Positions 14,126 through 50,480 of a DNA stretch of 64,000 nt are shown one piece after another (positions within the stretch are counted from its first letter, which is position 1; each line of letters starts with the position of its first letter). The stretch is from Eledone cirrhosa (Eukaryota): positions 29,636,001 to 29,700,000 of the forward strand of contig OZ024761.1 of assembly GCA_964016885.1 (NCBI GenBank), given 5' to 3'. The position numbers and the translations under genes were made by a program. Below the pieces are notes generated by a model. It had not been told where the DNA came from, did no database searches, and saw only the letters and a list, made by a program, of their open reading frames with translations.

Positions 14126-15195
14126 AGGTAGGAACTCCATTCTCTGCCCCAAATGCAAACAATGGGTACACAAGAGATGTAGCGGGATCTCAGGAAGCTT
14201 AATTAAGAATGTAGGCTTCACATGTAGCAGCTGTGCTGGGACAGCAAGCAGCAAACAGCCACAGGAAACAAGTACCACCAATCTCTGGGAGGGCTCTGTA
14301 GAAAGAGTAGACAGCTTCTGCTACCTAGGTGACCGAATTAGCAGCGGAGGTGGGTGTTCAGAAAGTACAATAACTAGGGTAAGAATGGAATGGAAGAAGT
14401 TCAGGGAGCTACTGCCACTGCTAGCTGCAAAAGGCTTTTCCCTCAAAATGAAAGGCAGACTGTATGATGCAATGTTACATGGTAGTGAGACCTGGGCACT
14501 GAATGTAGAAGACTTGCGTAGATTAGAAAGAAACGAAGCCTGCATGCTCCGATGGATGTGTAATAGTAATATACGCGAACAGCAAAGCATAAATGAATTG
14601 AGAGAGAGACTGAGCATAAGAGGAATCAAATGCTGTATGCAGGAGAGGCGGTTGCGTTGGTATGGACATGTGATGTGTATGAAGGATGACAGCTGCATAA
14701 AAAGGTGCAGAGCACTAGAAGTCAATGGAAACCGCGGAGTGGGGAGACCCAAGAACCTGGGATGAGGTGATAAAAGCCGACCTTACCCAATTACACCTCT
14801 CAAAAGCGATGACACATGACCGTGACCTCTGGCGTCACACAGTAATACAGAATACCCGACCCCCCCCCCACGGGTACAAGCTGAAGCTGAAGCATATAGA
14901 CAATATGCGCCCACACCCTCCCACTGCAAAGTGGTCATGGAGGTGCCACGGCAAAAAAGCACCCAGCTCACACTGTAAAGTGGACGTGTAGGCGCCACAG
15001 AAAAAAAGCATCCAGCACTCACTGTAAATGAGGTTAGTGTTATGAAGGGCATCCAGCTGTAGAAATCAAACCAGAATCAGTTCCCGTATAAGCAAGACAA
15101 GGTCAGCCGACCGGACACTGCCCACAACAGGACAAAAATTGTCTAACCCATGCTAGCATGGAAGAACGGACGTAAAACGGTGATGATGATGATGA
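14126..15195 (+). mobile_element. RTE LINE 3' fragment with 3' UTR and (GAT)n tail
   Basis: [19 protein letters not shown]; 5' part nearly identical to 10740-11062. Confidence 0.92.
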
Positions 15196-16974
15196 CTTAT
15201 CTGTCAGTCTTCCTCTCTCTCTCTCTTCTAAAGCAGAGATTAGTATTGTCCAACAGGGGTTCCTTTTCAAGGCAATATTCTACAGTCAGACTAACACGCA
15301 CGACCTACCTACTTATCTTCTACATACATCATCATCATTATCATCATTTTACATCCGCTTTTCCCTGCTTGCAAGGGTGGGACGGGAACTGATTCTGGCT
15401 TGATTTCTACAGCTGGATGCCCTTCCTAACACCAACCTCATTTACAGTGAGTGCTGGGTGCTTTTTTGCCGTGGCATCTCCACGACCACTTTGCAGTGGA
15501 ATGATATAGACCTCAGTCCCTATCATCTCATTTCTACAGCTGAGTAAACTGGAGCAATGTGAAATAAAGTGTCTTGCTCAAGGAAACAACACATCACCCA
15601 GTCTGAGAATTGAACTCACAACCTTTTGATTGCAAGGCCAATGCTCTAACCACTAAGCCATGTGCCTATATATATATATAGAAATTACATGAATCAAAGT
15701 TCGGAAATTTATGATAAATTGAAGTGAAAACCAACAGGTGCATGTGTTCTTATTGGAAGCATGATCCTCCAAAAGTATAACAATATCAGCATTTTTAGTT
15801 CTAATCATAATTGGGGTGGGATGGAATGGCAAAACATTCTCACCTAAGATATTGACAATAAACACATACATGGTGTTAGGAAGGGCATCCAGCCATAGAA
15901 AACCAGCCAGAAACACTATATGAGCGAGACACAGTCACCCGACACAACTTGCCTCAAAATAGGACCCATCTATCCTCCTCAGCCCAAAGTGCAGAAGATT
16001 TTTTTTTTTTTCATGCAAAAAAACTTTTTTTATTCTGTTATAAAATAAAACTACAAACAATAAATCAATTCACAGTTGTATAAATAACATGATAAATATT
16101 GACAGAAATATGAAAAAAAAGAAAAAAGAAAAAAAGGATAAAAGCAAAACCAAGCAATGAACACAAAAGGAAAAGAGTAAAGAAGTACAGGTCTGACTGT
16201 ATAAAAAAAGACTATAAATACCATAAATGAGAGGAAAAGTAAGTAAGCAGACTAACTTCATGGTTCACTGATAATGGATACTGATAAGAACAAAGTCTGA
16301 TGTTTAGCTAACTGACAATTGAACCTACAGTGATTAGAAATGTTGGTCAACAAAGTGTCTTAGTGGTTAGAGTATTTGGCTCATGGTTGTAAAGCTGGGA
16401 ATCTAATTTTCTTTCTGTTAGGGCGTTGTCTCCTTCAGCAAGATAATTTATGAGAAATGCAGCCATGAAAGGGATAATAACCTTACATTAAGTTACTCTC
16501 GGTGGATTGGCAGTATCGGTAGAGGGTCGGACGCCATGCTTTCCAGCATAGTTACGTCCCTTTACGATCTGAGTTCAAATCCCGCCGAGGTTGACTTTGC
16601 CTTTCATCCTTACGGGGTCGATAAAATAAAGTACCAGTAATGCACTGGGTAATTGCTGGCCTTGTGCCTAAAAGTAGAAACAATTAAGTTACTCTCTTAG
16701 TAATGAAATAATTAATAATTTTAGTAAATCTCTCAAAATTATTCAATAATTAATTAAAATAGTGTGTATTCCATTAGAAATGCAGCCATGAAAGGGTTAA
16801 ACATAGCATACCAACTAATAGCTACATTGTCAAATAGTTGTTTTTTTTGTTTTTTTAAATTACTAATTGTATGTGGGTGTGGGATCATAATGACGAGGAC
16901 AGGGCTATAAACATTTCACAAAGTATTGGTCTACAAAAGACAGTAACCTGTTTTTTTTACCTGACAATAACATA

Positions 16975-17007
<33 letters not shown>

Positions 17008-17344
17008 CATATATATAGAGGGAGAGAGACAGACAGACAGACAAACAGGCAAGTAGATAGCCAGATAGACAAATAGATAGATGAATAGATAAATTTCTTT
17101 ATTAACCACAAGTAGATAGACAGACAAACAGACAGGTTGGCAGATAGACAGACAGATAAACAGACAAACAGATAGATATTAAAATATATCCCAGGTTCGA
17201 TCCCACTACATGTCATCTTGAGCAAAAATCATTTACTATAGCCCCCGGTCTACTCAAACCTTGTCAGTGAAATTGGATAGATAGAAATTATGTGCAAAGC
17301 ATGGCGTCAGACCCTCTACCAATTCTGCCAATCCACTGCCCTTC

Positions 17345-18445
17345 TTTATTTAGAAATGATTTTTAAAATATTTAAAGTATATTTATTTAGAAATAATAAA
17401 AAAAATATTTAAAGTATATTTATTTAGAAATAATAAAAAAAAATATTTAAAGTATATTTATTTAGAAATAATAAAAAATATTTAAAGTATATTTATTTAG
17501 AAATAATAAAAAATATTTAAAGTATATTTATTTAGAAATAATTAGAAAAATATATTTAAAGTATATTTATTTTGAAATAATAAAAAAATATTTAAAGTAT
17601 ATTTATTTAGAAATAATAAAAAATATTTAAAGTATATTTATTTAGAAATAATAAAAAATATTTAAAGTATATTTATTTAGAAATAATTAGAAAAATATAT
17701 TTAAAGTATATTTATTCTGAAATAATAAAAAAATATTTAAAGTATATTTATTTAGAAATAATAAAAAAAATATTTAAACTATATTTATTTGGAAATAATG
17801 GTTTCTTATATAGGGCCAAGGCCAGCAATTTTGGGGGAGGGGAAAGTCAATTAAATCGACACCCAGTGCATGACTGGTACTTTATTTTATCGACCCCATA
17901 AGGATGAAAGGCAAAGTTAACCTCGGCGGGATTTGAACTCAGATCATAAAGGGCTGTAACTCTGTGCTGCAAAGCATGGCGTCCGACCCTCTACCAATAC
18001 TGCCAATCCACCACCCTTCTTTATTTAGAAATAATTTTAAAAATATTAAAAGTATATTTATTTAGAAATAATAATTAAAAAAATATTAAAAGTATATTTA
18101 TTTAGAAATAATAAAAAATATTAAAAATATATTTATTTAGAAATAAATTTTTTAATATTAAAAGTATATTTATTTAGAATAATAATAAAAAAAATATTAA
18201 AGTATATTTATTTAGAAATAATAAAAAATATTTAAAGTATATTTATTTAGAAATAATTAGAAAAATATTAAAAGTATATTTATTTAGAAATAATTAAAAA
18301 AATATTAAAAGTGTATTTATTTAAAAATAATTAAAAAAATATTAAAAGTATATTTATTTAAAAATAATAAAATATATCAAAATATATTTATTTAGAAATA
18401 ATAAAAAACATAAAAAATAAATAAATAAATATACTTATTTTTAGA
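17345..18445. repeat. AT-rich minisatellite (about 36-38 bp) interrupted by a SINE
   Basis: aaagtatatttatttagaaataataaaaaatattt. Confidence 0.92.
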
Positions 18446-18583
18446 AGTTTTATTATTTCCATTATTTCCTCAATATAGTTATATCTTCAATATTTTTTTA
18501 TCAAGATGTATTGATATATTTTAATGAAAATAACATGTTAAACACGTAAATATACCTTTAAAAAAATATATATATATCGAATA

Positions 18584-19026
18584 TCTATATATCTGAAACA
18601 GAGAATGTCTGTCTGTCTGTCTGTCAGCTCACTAAAACTCGAGAACCACCCAACCGATTGTTTTCAAACTTTACACATGTAATACTTATGGTCTTGTGTG
18701 TGTTTTGAGAAGAAAAAAATTCAAATTTTAGGAGATTTAGCGATCTCTCTCTATAATTCTTAGTCTTTCTTTTTAGATAGATACTTAGATATAACGTTGC
18801 GCCCTTATAATATCTGTCTGTATGTCTGGCTGTCTGCATTACGATATTATGACGCAGTGCGTGTGTGTGTATATATGTATATATATATAGTGTGTGTATA
18901 TATATATATAGTGTGTAACGTTTTTCGAAATATTTACTTCTGCGTTCACAGATTGTTTTTTTTTAGTTTCAGAAGATCCCGTTAAGGGTGAAAGCAGCGA
19001 TTCTTTGCTTAAACTTTAATCTGTTA

Positions 19027-19078
<52 letters not shown>

Positions 19079-19224
19079 TATATTCGTGTACAGATATTTT
19101 TGCATACACAATAACAAAATATAAACTAACGTATTTATTTCACGAGGCTCGATAAGGTTAAATATATATCAAATATATAAGAACCCTAGAGCAAATCCCA
19201 AGCAACGGCGGGCGATTCTGCTAG
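18584..19224 (+). mobile_element. Non-autonomous Helitron-like element with nested pLTR fragments
   Basis: A|TC start, (TGTC)n near the 5' end, GC-rich subterminal motif and CTAG|T end. Confidence 0.6.
18965..19015 (+). ncRNA. Hammerhead-like motif with variant CAGAAGA core
   Basis: AGTTT-CAGAAGA-(CCC/GGG)-GAAA-GCAG/TTGC-TT-AAACT. Confidence 0.6.
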
Positions 19225-19750
19225 TATCTATATATAATTTTGGAATATATGTTTTTTGACTATGTTTTTGAACTCAACAATTCTGTACTCAATGCTGCTT
19301 GGCTTTCTATGCATGGGCTATATATTCTATTGCATGAACATTATGACTAATATTATAAAACTTTTTGCCTAAAATCAATATATCTTTTGATATTTATAAT
19401 TTATAATACCTACATTTATGCTTTCACTATACCATTCTCTTATGTATGTTGCATGTACTCTATTGTAATTAATATTTTTTATATAATATTCTTGCTATAA
19501 TATTCTTATGATTTTTTGCTATAAGTATAACCATATCCTTATATATAACCTTATATATACCTCCAATTATTTATATTGTAGCTTTAATACAATTTTTCAT
19601 TATAATATTTCATTAGTATTTTTATATCTATTCAACTTTCTTATAATCTTGCTCTTTAATATATTGGTGTTAACAATTATAAGTCTTCTCCCCTTTAATG
19701 TATCCTGCTAAATGTTCTAGTGATTAGGAATATATTTGTTTTAACCTTTA

Positions 19751-19800
19751 TATGTTCTGATGATCCCAGACCTATATCTGGATGAAACGATCGTAAGCTA
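19751..19800 (+). ncRNA. Minimal hammerhead motif with palindromic stem III
   Basis: CTGATGA-(CCAGA/TCTGG)-GAAA-CGATCG-TA, followed by ATTAAA; stem I is weak. Confidence 0.65.
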
Positions 19801-19892
19801 TTAAATGTCTTAAACACAATTTGATTGTTATTTATGTTGTATTTCTGCTCTGTATTATACTTGATATTTTACATTGAGCTACTTATCTTATT

Positions 19893-19894
<2 letters not shown>

Positions 19895-19936
<42 letters not shown>

Positions 19937-19984
19937 GTATATAATCATCATCATATATATGTATGTGAGCGTGTGTGTCAGTAA

Positions 19985-20018
<34 letters not shown>

Positions 20019-20102
20019 AGGTCTGTGTTTGTGTGTGGGTGTGGATGTGTGTGCATATCTGTGTCTATGTGTGTCCATGTGTCTGTGTCTAGTCTGTGCC
20101 TA

Positions 20103-20147
<45 letters not shown>

Positions 20148-20513
20148 CTATATGTGAGTGTATACATATGTATGTGCCTGTGTCTACATATGTGTGCGTG
20201 TGTGTGTGCATGTATATCTGTATCTATATATGTGTGTGTGTGTGTGTGTGTACATATGGCTGTGTGTGTGTCAGAGCCTATGTGTGAGTGTATACATATG
20301 TCTGTACATGTGCCTACATATGTGTGTGTGTGTATGTCTGTATCTATATGTGAGTGAGTCTATATGTGTGTGTATTGATTCAATGTTGAAAGAGATTAAA
20401 AACTCAAACAGACCTCAACACAGGTTACACAAATAACTGCAGAGTAAATATTTATTCATAGCATATTTATTTGGTTTCAGCTAAGAACTTAGCTGAAATA
20501 TAATAAATCTATC

Positions 20514-20568
<55 letters not shown>

Positions 20569-21230
20569 TGTGTGTGTGTATACGCATATATATGTATATA
20601 CATATATATATGTATACATATATATGTATATACATATATATATACATATATATGTATATACATATATATATACATATATATGTATATACATATATATATA
20701 CATATATATGTATATACATATATATATACATATATGTATATACATATATATATACATATATGTATATACATATATATATATACATATATATATATACATA
20801 TATGTATATACATATATATGTATACATATATATATGTATACATATATATATATACATATATGTATTATTATACATATATATATATACATATATGTATGAT
20901 TATACATATATATGTATATACATATATATATACATATATGTATATACATATATATAGACATATATGTATATACATATATATGTATACATATATATATGTA
21001 TATACATATATATGTATACATATATATATGTATACATATATATATATATGTATACATATATATATATGTATACATATATGTATGATTATACATATATATG
21101 TATACATATATATATGTATACATCATCATCATCATCAACATCGTATAATGTCCATATATGACAATAATTCTTCCCAATGATATTCACAAGCAAAGAATCC
21201 ACTATTCATTCTCATTCATGCACATATATG

Positions 21231-21278
<48 letters not shown>

Positions 21279-21338
21279 TATATATATATATACACATATA
21301 TATATATATATATACACATATATATATATATATATATA

Positions 21339-21369
<31 letters not shown>

Positions 21370-21425
21370 ACATATATATATATACATATATACATATATA
21401 TACATATATATACATATATACATAC

Positions 21426-21470
<45 letters not shown>
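19895..21470. repeat. (TA)n/(TG)n/(TACA)n microsatellite field
   Basis: Direct inspection; similar fields at 4320-6755, 22320-22645 and 35330-35817. Confidence 0.95.
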
Positions 21471-21848
21471 AGGAAACAACACATCACCCGGTCTGAGAAT
21501 TGAACTCACAACCTTTCGATTGCAAGGTTAGAGCATTGGCCTTGCAATCGAAAGGTTGTGAGTTCAATTCTCAGACCGGGTGATGTGTTGTTTCCTTGAG
21601 CAAGACACTTTATTTCACATTGCTCCAGTTTACTCAGCTGTAGAAATGAGATGATAGGGACTGAGGTCCTTATCATTCCACTGTAAAGTGGTTGTGGAGG
21701 TGCCACAGCAAAAAAGCACCCAGCACTCACTGTAAATGAGGTTGGTGTTAGGAAGGGCATCCAGCTGTAGAAATCAAGCCAGCATCAGTTCCCGTCCCAC
21801 CCTTGCAAGCAGGGAAAAAGCGGACGTAAAATGAAATGATGATGATGA

Positions 21849-21885
<37 letters not shown>

Positions 21886-22052
21886 TAAAGTCCATAACAC
21901 CAATCAAACCCCTTTTATAGCTCTAAAGAATCCTACGGTTACGTAAGGAAGAAACATTGTAAGCCAATAAAAAATGTTTGATGTTGTAGACGCTCTTGTG
22001 TTCTTTATCATATATATACATACATACATACATACATACATACATACATACA

Positions 22053-22088
<36 letters not shown>

Positions 22089-22338
22089 CACATACATACA
22101 TACATATATATATATATATATGTGTGTGTGAGAAAAACCACCGATCCTCCATCTCAACTCTACTTTTGAAAAGCAGAAGAACTGCGAAACCGGTAAAGGA
22201 ACCAAATAAATATATATATATTTTTTTTTTAAATAAAACTCCAGTTGCATTTTCGATTTCATCTTTTTTTCTTTATACTCGGTTATTTTTCATTTTGTAA
22301 AAAAAACCTCACTTTCTAATATATATATACATATATAT

Positions 22339-22377
<39 letters not shown>

Positions 22378-22404
22378 TATATACATATATATATATATAC
22401 ATAC

Positions 22405-22553
<149 letters not shown>

Positions 22554-22592
22554 TATATACACATATATATATATATATACATATATATATAC

Positions 22593-22648
<56 letters not shown>

Positions 22649-23203
22649 AGTATATTTGGCAATATACTGTATGTTTAATTAAAAACATTTTGAAGACCAT
22701 TTGCTATGATTTTTAAAGTAGTGATGATGTCACTTACTTATTCTCAGCAAAAACTCTAACCCTAACCACATGCCCAGAGTGTCAGAGCTGTTATCTCTCA
22801 ATTTTGAGAAGTAGCAGCTCTACCTGGAGTGACTCTCTGATCTCTGAGCTATGCATTCTATCAAGTAGCATTACTCCAAAGACCCTTTGTGGGAACAGCA
22901 TTTCAGCCTCTTGTAGTCGTGATTGTATTCTTTCGGTCATTAAAATTCTTAATATCTACAAAAATGTTGTAATAACAATAGCACTGCTATCACCCCTCCA
23001 TCCTGAAGATGAGACCAAGTAGATCTCAAAACGTTATTGGAATTCAAGTAAATCTATTGATCCAAACCAAACAAAGAATTAATAAGGAAATATGAAAGAA
23101 ATCATCAATAAAATTATCATAAATTCTATCATAATCCAGTTGTATCTTCAATATAATATATCTGAGAAGAGCAGTTCCACACACATTCAAACATACACAC
23201 TCA

Positions 23204-23204
<1 letters not shown>

Positions 23205-23243
<39 letters not shown>

Positions 23244-23322
23244 TATACATATATATATATATATACATATATATATACATATATATATACATATATATAC
23301 ATATATATACATATATATATAC

Positions 23323-23385
<63 letters not shown>

Positions 23386-23701
23386 CATATATATACATAT
23401 ATATATATATACATATATATACATATATATATATATATATACATATATATACATATATATATATATACATATATATACATATATATACATATATATATAT
23501 ATACATATATATACATATATATACATATATATACATATATATACATATACATATATATACATATATATACATATATATACATATATACATATATATATAC
23601 ATATATATATACATATATATATACATATATATATACATATATATACATATACATATATATATATATACATATATATATATACATATATATACATATACAT
23701 A

Positions 23702-23793
<92 letters not shown>

Positions 23794-23814
23794 CATATAT
23801 ATATTTACATATAC

Positions 23815-23845
<31 letters not shown>

Positions 23846-23860
23846 CATATATATATATAC

Positions 23861-23905
<45 letters not shown>

Positions 23906-25397
23906 CATATATATATATACATATATATATATACATATATATATACATATACATATATACATATATATATACATATACATATATACATATATATATATGC
24001 ATATATATATTTATATATACATATATATATTTATATATACATATATATATTTATATATACATATATATATATACATATAGATATATATATATACATATAG
24101 ATATATATATATACATATATATATATACATATATATATATACATATATATATACATGTACCTATATATATATATATACATATATATATAGATAGATATAC
24201 ATATATATATAAACGGAAAAAATGAAACGAAATTTCATTTCTCACTCTTAGTACAGCTGTTACTTAAATATAAGTATGTATACGTACATATATATATGTA
24301 TACAGACGTACAGTAGTATGTATATATATATATACATACATGCACACATATATATATGTACATATGGATTCACCAAACATTTATTATAATGCTCGGTGTG
24401 TTTGTAAACAAACATCCCGAATTAAGCCGTACAGTGTCTAGCAACCATCGTCGCTCATTTGTTCAACACTGACAAAGAACGCTGTACTAGTTTCAAGCTT
24501 ATTAGCTATCATCAGCAACGTATACCTTCCTGCCAGATGATTGAACATCTGAAAGTATATACTTTCCGTATGCATATTAATAGCTGAGCAGCCTAATTTG
24601 CATATCGAGTGAGTTAATCGGCCGGGGTCCCGAAAACGATAAATGGAAAAAATGAAACAAAATTTCATTTCTCACTCTTAGTACGGCTGTTACTTAAATA
24701 TAAGTATGTATATGTACATACATATATGTATACAGACGTATATATATGTGTGCATCTATGTATATATATACACATACTACTGTACGTCTGTATTCATATA
24801 TGTATGTACGTATACATACTTATATTTAAGTAACAACCGTAGTAAGAGTGAGAAATGAAATTTTGTTTCATTTTTTCCGTTTATCGTTTTCGGTACCCCG
24901 GCCGATTAACTCACTCGATATGCAAATTAGGCTGCTCAGCCATTAATATGCATAAGGAAAGTATATACTTTCAGACGTTCAATCATCTGGAAGGAAGGTA
25001 TATGTATATATATACGTATATATATATACATATATATATACATATATACATACATACATATATACATATATATATATACATATATACATATATATATACA
25101 TACATATATATATACATACATACATATATACATACATATATATATACATACATATATATATACATATATACATATATATATATACATATATATATACATA
25201 TATACATATATACATATATACATATATATATATACATATATACATATACATATATACATATACATATATATATATACATATATACATATACATATATACA
25301 TATACATATACATATATACATATACATATATATATATACATATATATATATACATATATATATATACATATATATATATACATATATATATATATAC

Positions 25398-25442
<45 letters not shown>

Positions 25443-25457
25443 CATATATATATATAC

Positions 25458-25502
<45 letters not shown>

Positions 25503-25729
25503 CATATATATATATACATATATACATATATATATATACATATATATATATACATATATATATATATACATATATATATATACATATATATATATATACA
25601 TATATATATATACATATATACATATATATATATATACATATATATATATACATATATATATATACATATATATATATACATATATACATATATATATATA
25701 CATATATATATATACATATATATATATAC

Positions 25730-25761
<32 letters not shown>

Positions 25762-26047
25762 GCATATATATATATTTATATATATGCATATATATATATA
25801 TATATATGCATATATATATATATATGCATATATATATATATATGCATATATATATATATATATATGCATATATATATATATATGCATATATATATATATA
25901 TGCATATATATATATATATGCATATATATATATATATGCATATATATATATATATGCATATATATATATATATGCATATATATATATATATGCATATATA
26001 TATATATATGCATATATATATATATATGCATATATATATATATATGC

Positions 26048-26098
<51 letters not shown>

Positions 26099-26150
26099 TA
26101 TATATATATATGCATATATATATATATGCATATATATATGCATATATATA
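23205..26150. repeat. Two ~1 kb (TA)n-CA compound microsatellites flanking a fold-back sequence
   Basis: Direct inspection. Confidence 0.95.
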
Positions 26151-26549
26151 TACTGACACACGCTCACATACATACATGATCATATATATATATATATACA
26201 CATACACACATATAATAACGCATACATGCACACATAACATATATACTCACACATGCATGCATATATATATAGACACACACATACACAATCACACAGAAAC
26301 GGCATTGCATAATGGATTTGTGTATTCTTAAACATTACTGTAACATTAAGAGAGGAACCCTGTCAGCTGTCTGTGAGAGAATCAATACCACTCTGTGTCA
26401 ATTCTTTGTGGCGGAGCTAATCTCGGTAAAGAAGAAAATAACCCAACTGAATGGCATTCCACAGCTGTTACTTACTGAAGACTACAACAACTACATCAAC
26501 AACAATTATTTCTGGTTTAACTTTTAATGTACTCTATCTCAGGAAACTG

Positions 26550-26905
26550 CATTAGTAAGAAATTCTTGAAAAGTATAAAACAACACAATGACTGCATCAC
26601 CTTAAAAATTGCAGGCTTTATTTTTAATATTGAAAATATTCACTATAGTCTATCCACTGATAAAGACTATAAACATTAGTAAGAAATTCTTGAAAAGTAT
26701 AAAACAGCACTATGACTGCATCAAATTAAAAATTGCATGCTTTATTTTTAATATTGAAAATATTCACTATAGTCTATCCACTGATAAAGACTATAAACAT
26801 TAGTAAGAAATTCTTGAAAAGTATAAAACAGCACTATGACTGCATCAAATTAAAAATTGCAGGCTTTATTTTTAATATTGAAAATATCCACTACAATCTG
26901 TCTGC
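26550..26905. repeat. 124-bp tandem repeat (about 3 copies; related copy at 27105-27330)
   Basis: Repeated cattagtaagaaattcttgaaaagtataaaac. Confidence 0.9.
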
Positions 26906-27416
26906 TAAAACTCATTGTGACTACAGTCGAACATTCATGACAAAGTCTCTCCATAAGTCACATTTTTCCATTGCTTTTAGCAACTATTCCCTACTAAGGG
27001 ACATCATCTGAGAGTTGATCAATGAATGTTCAAGAAGATCTTCCTTTAATGCATCTTCCTTGAGTTGTCCATTACTAAAGACACTACAACACTAGAATTA
27101 ACAAACCACATTAACAAGACATTCTTGAAAAGTATAAAACAACACTATAACTGCAACATATTAAAAATTGCAGTTTTTACTTTTAATCATCATCATCGTT
27201 TAATGTCCACCTTCCACGTTAGCATGGGTTGGACGGTATTGAAAATATCCACTACAATCTGTCCACTGATAAAGACACTATAAAGACTAGAATTAACAAA
27301 CCACTTTAGTAAGAGAACACTATGACTGCAGCACATTATATACACACATACATTCACACACATATACACACACATATACACACACATATATATACACACA
27401 TACATACACCCACGTA

Positions 27417-27660
27417 GAGGCATGTGACCTAGTGGTAAGGGTGCTGGAATTACGATAATGTCGTAGGTTCAATTCCTGAGTTGTGTGGTGCAAAACACTT
27501 CATTTCACGTTGCTCCAGTATACTCAGCTGAAAATGAGTACCAGCAATAGCTGGGGGTTTAACCCTGCGATGGACTAGTGTCCTGTGAAGGTGGGAGTCT
27601 TGTACTCTCAGTTGCTTCACACCATGAAACTGGGATAAGCAGCGGCCAAATGAGCCTTCT
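27417..27660 (+). mobile_element. tRNA-derived SINE with CORE-like and V-like domains
   Basis: A and B boxes, ttgctccagt..ctcagctgaaaatgagtacc, cctgcgatggactag. Confidence 0.6.
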
Positions 27661-27667
27661 GGCTTAA

Positions 27668-27888
27668 CCCTTTAGCATTCACATTACTCTATATTTACTG
27701 TTGTATTTTCACAGTAAAGGCTGAATCGCTCATAATTATCTCACATAATATCGAATCTATGAGATTTTGATGTTATTTATTTTGAAAACAATACCTTAAC
27801 ATCAGTATGAGCGGCCAGTTACAGCTGGTCTGAACAGAACGAGCTGAGTGAGTTCTGGTCGGATACGGCCGGTTTAAATGCCAAAGGG
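27668..27888 (+). mobile_element. piggyBac-like MITE
   Basis: TTAA-CCCTTTAGCATT...AATGCCAAAGGG-TTAA. Confidence 0.8.
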
Positions 27889-28050
27889 TTAAGACAGACT
27901 TTAGACTAGACATACACACATATACATACACACACACGTGCATACACACACACGTACACACATACACACGTACACACACACACATACACACACACACACA
28001 CATAAATATACCTCAAATTGAAACCTAACAGTAATGCTATTCTATTTCAG

Positions 28051-49929
<21,879 letters not shown>

Positions 49930-50089
49930 CAGATGAGATGCAGAAGGAAGTGGGCAGGGGCAATTTTTTCAGTGAGTGACTGCAATGATTGGCAGAAGTC
50001 AGCAAATCTGACTGCCAACCGGGTTTTAAAATTATGATTGCGGTGACTGAATGAAAACCACGGCGAGGTTTCAATTTCTAATTGAAGCC

Positions 50090-50480
50090 CATTTCACTTC
50101 ACTGACATCACAACACTTGTACCTTTGGGGAGCAGAGACAGTCACCTTACTGTCATCACAACATTTGTACCTTTGGAGAGGGGAAGGGACAGTCACTTTA
50201 CTGACATCACAACACTTGTACCTTTGGAGCAGGGAAGGGACAGTCACTTTATTGACATCACAACACTTATGCCTTTGTGGAGGAAAGCACAGTCACTTTA
50301 TTATCATCACAACATTTGTGGTGGCTTTGTGGGGAATGGGCAGTCACTTTACTGACATCACATTTGTGCCTCGGGGAGGAAGGGGTGATCAATTTACTTT
50401 CATCACAACACGTGTGCCTTTGGGGGGTGGAGAGGGGACAGTCACTTTACTGACATCGCAACATTTGTGCCTTTCGTAGG
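50090..50480. repeat. About 50-bp tandem repeat in the probable 3' UTR
   Basis: cagtcactttactgacatcacaacacttgtacctttgg. Confidence 0.85.

Noticed and set aside
26321-26434. ATG-initiated frame ending at a phase-0 gtaaag as a possible first NCLX exon
   Set aside because: Weak donor and no recognisable homology or targeting peptide; cannot be supported without RNA data
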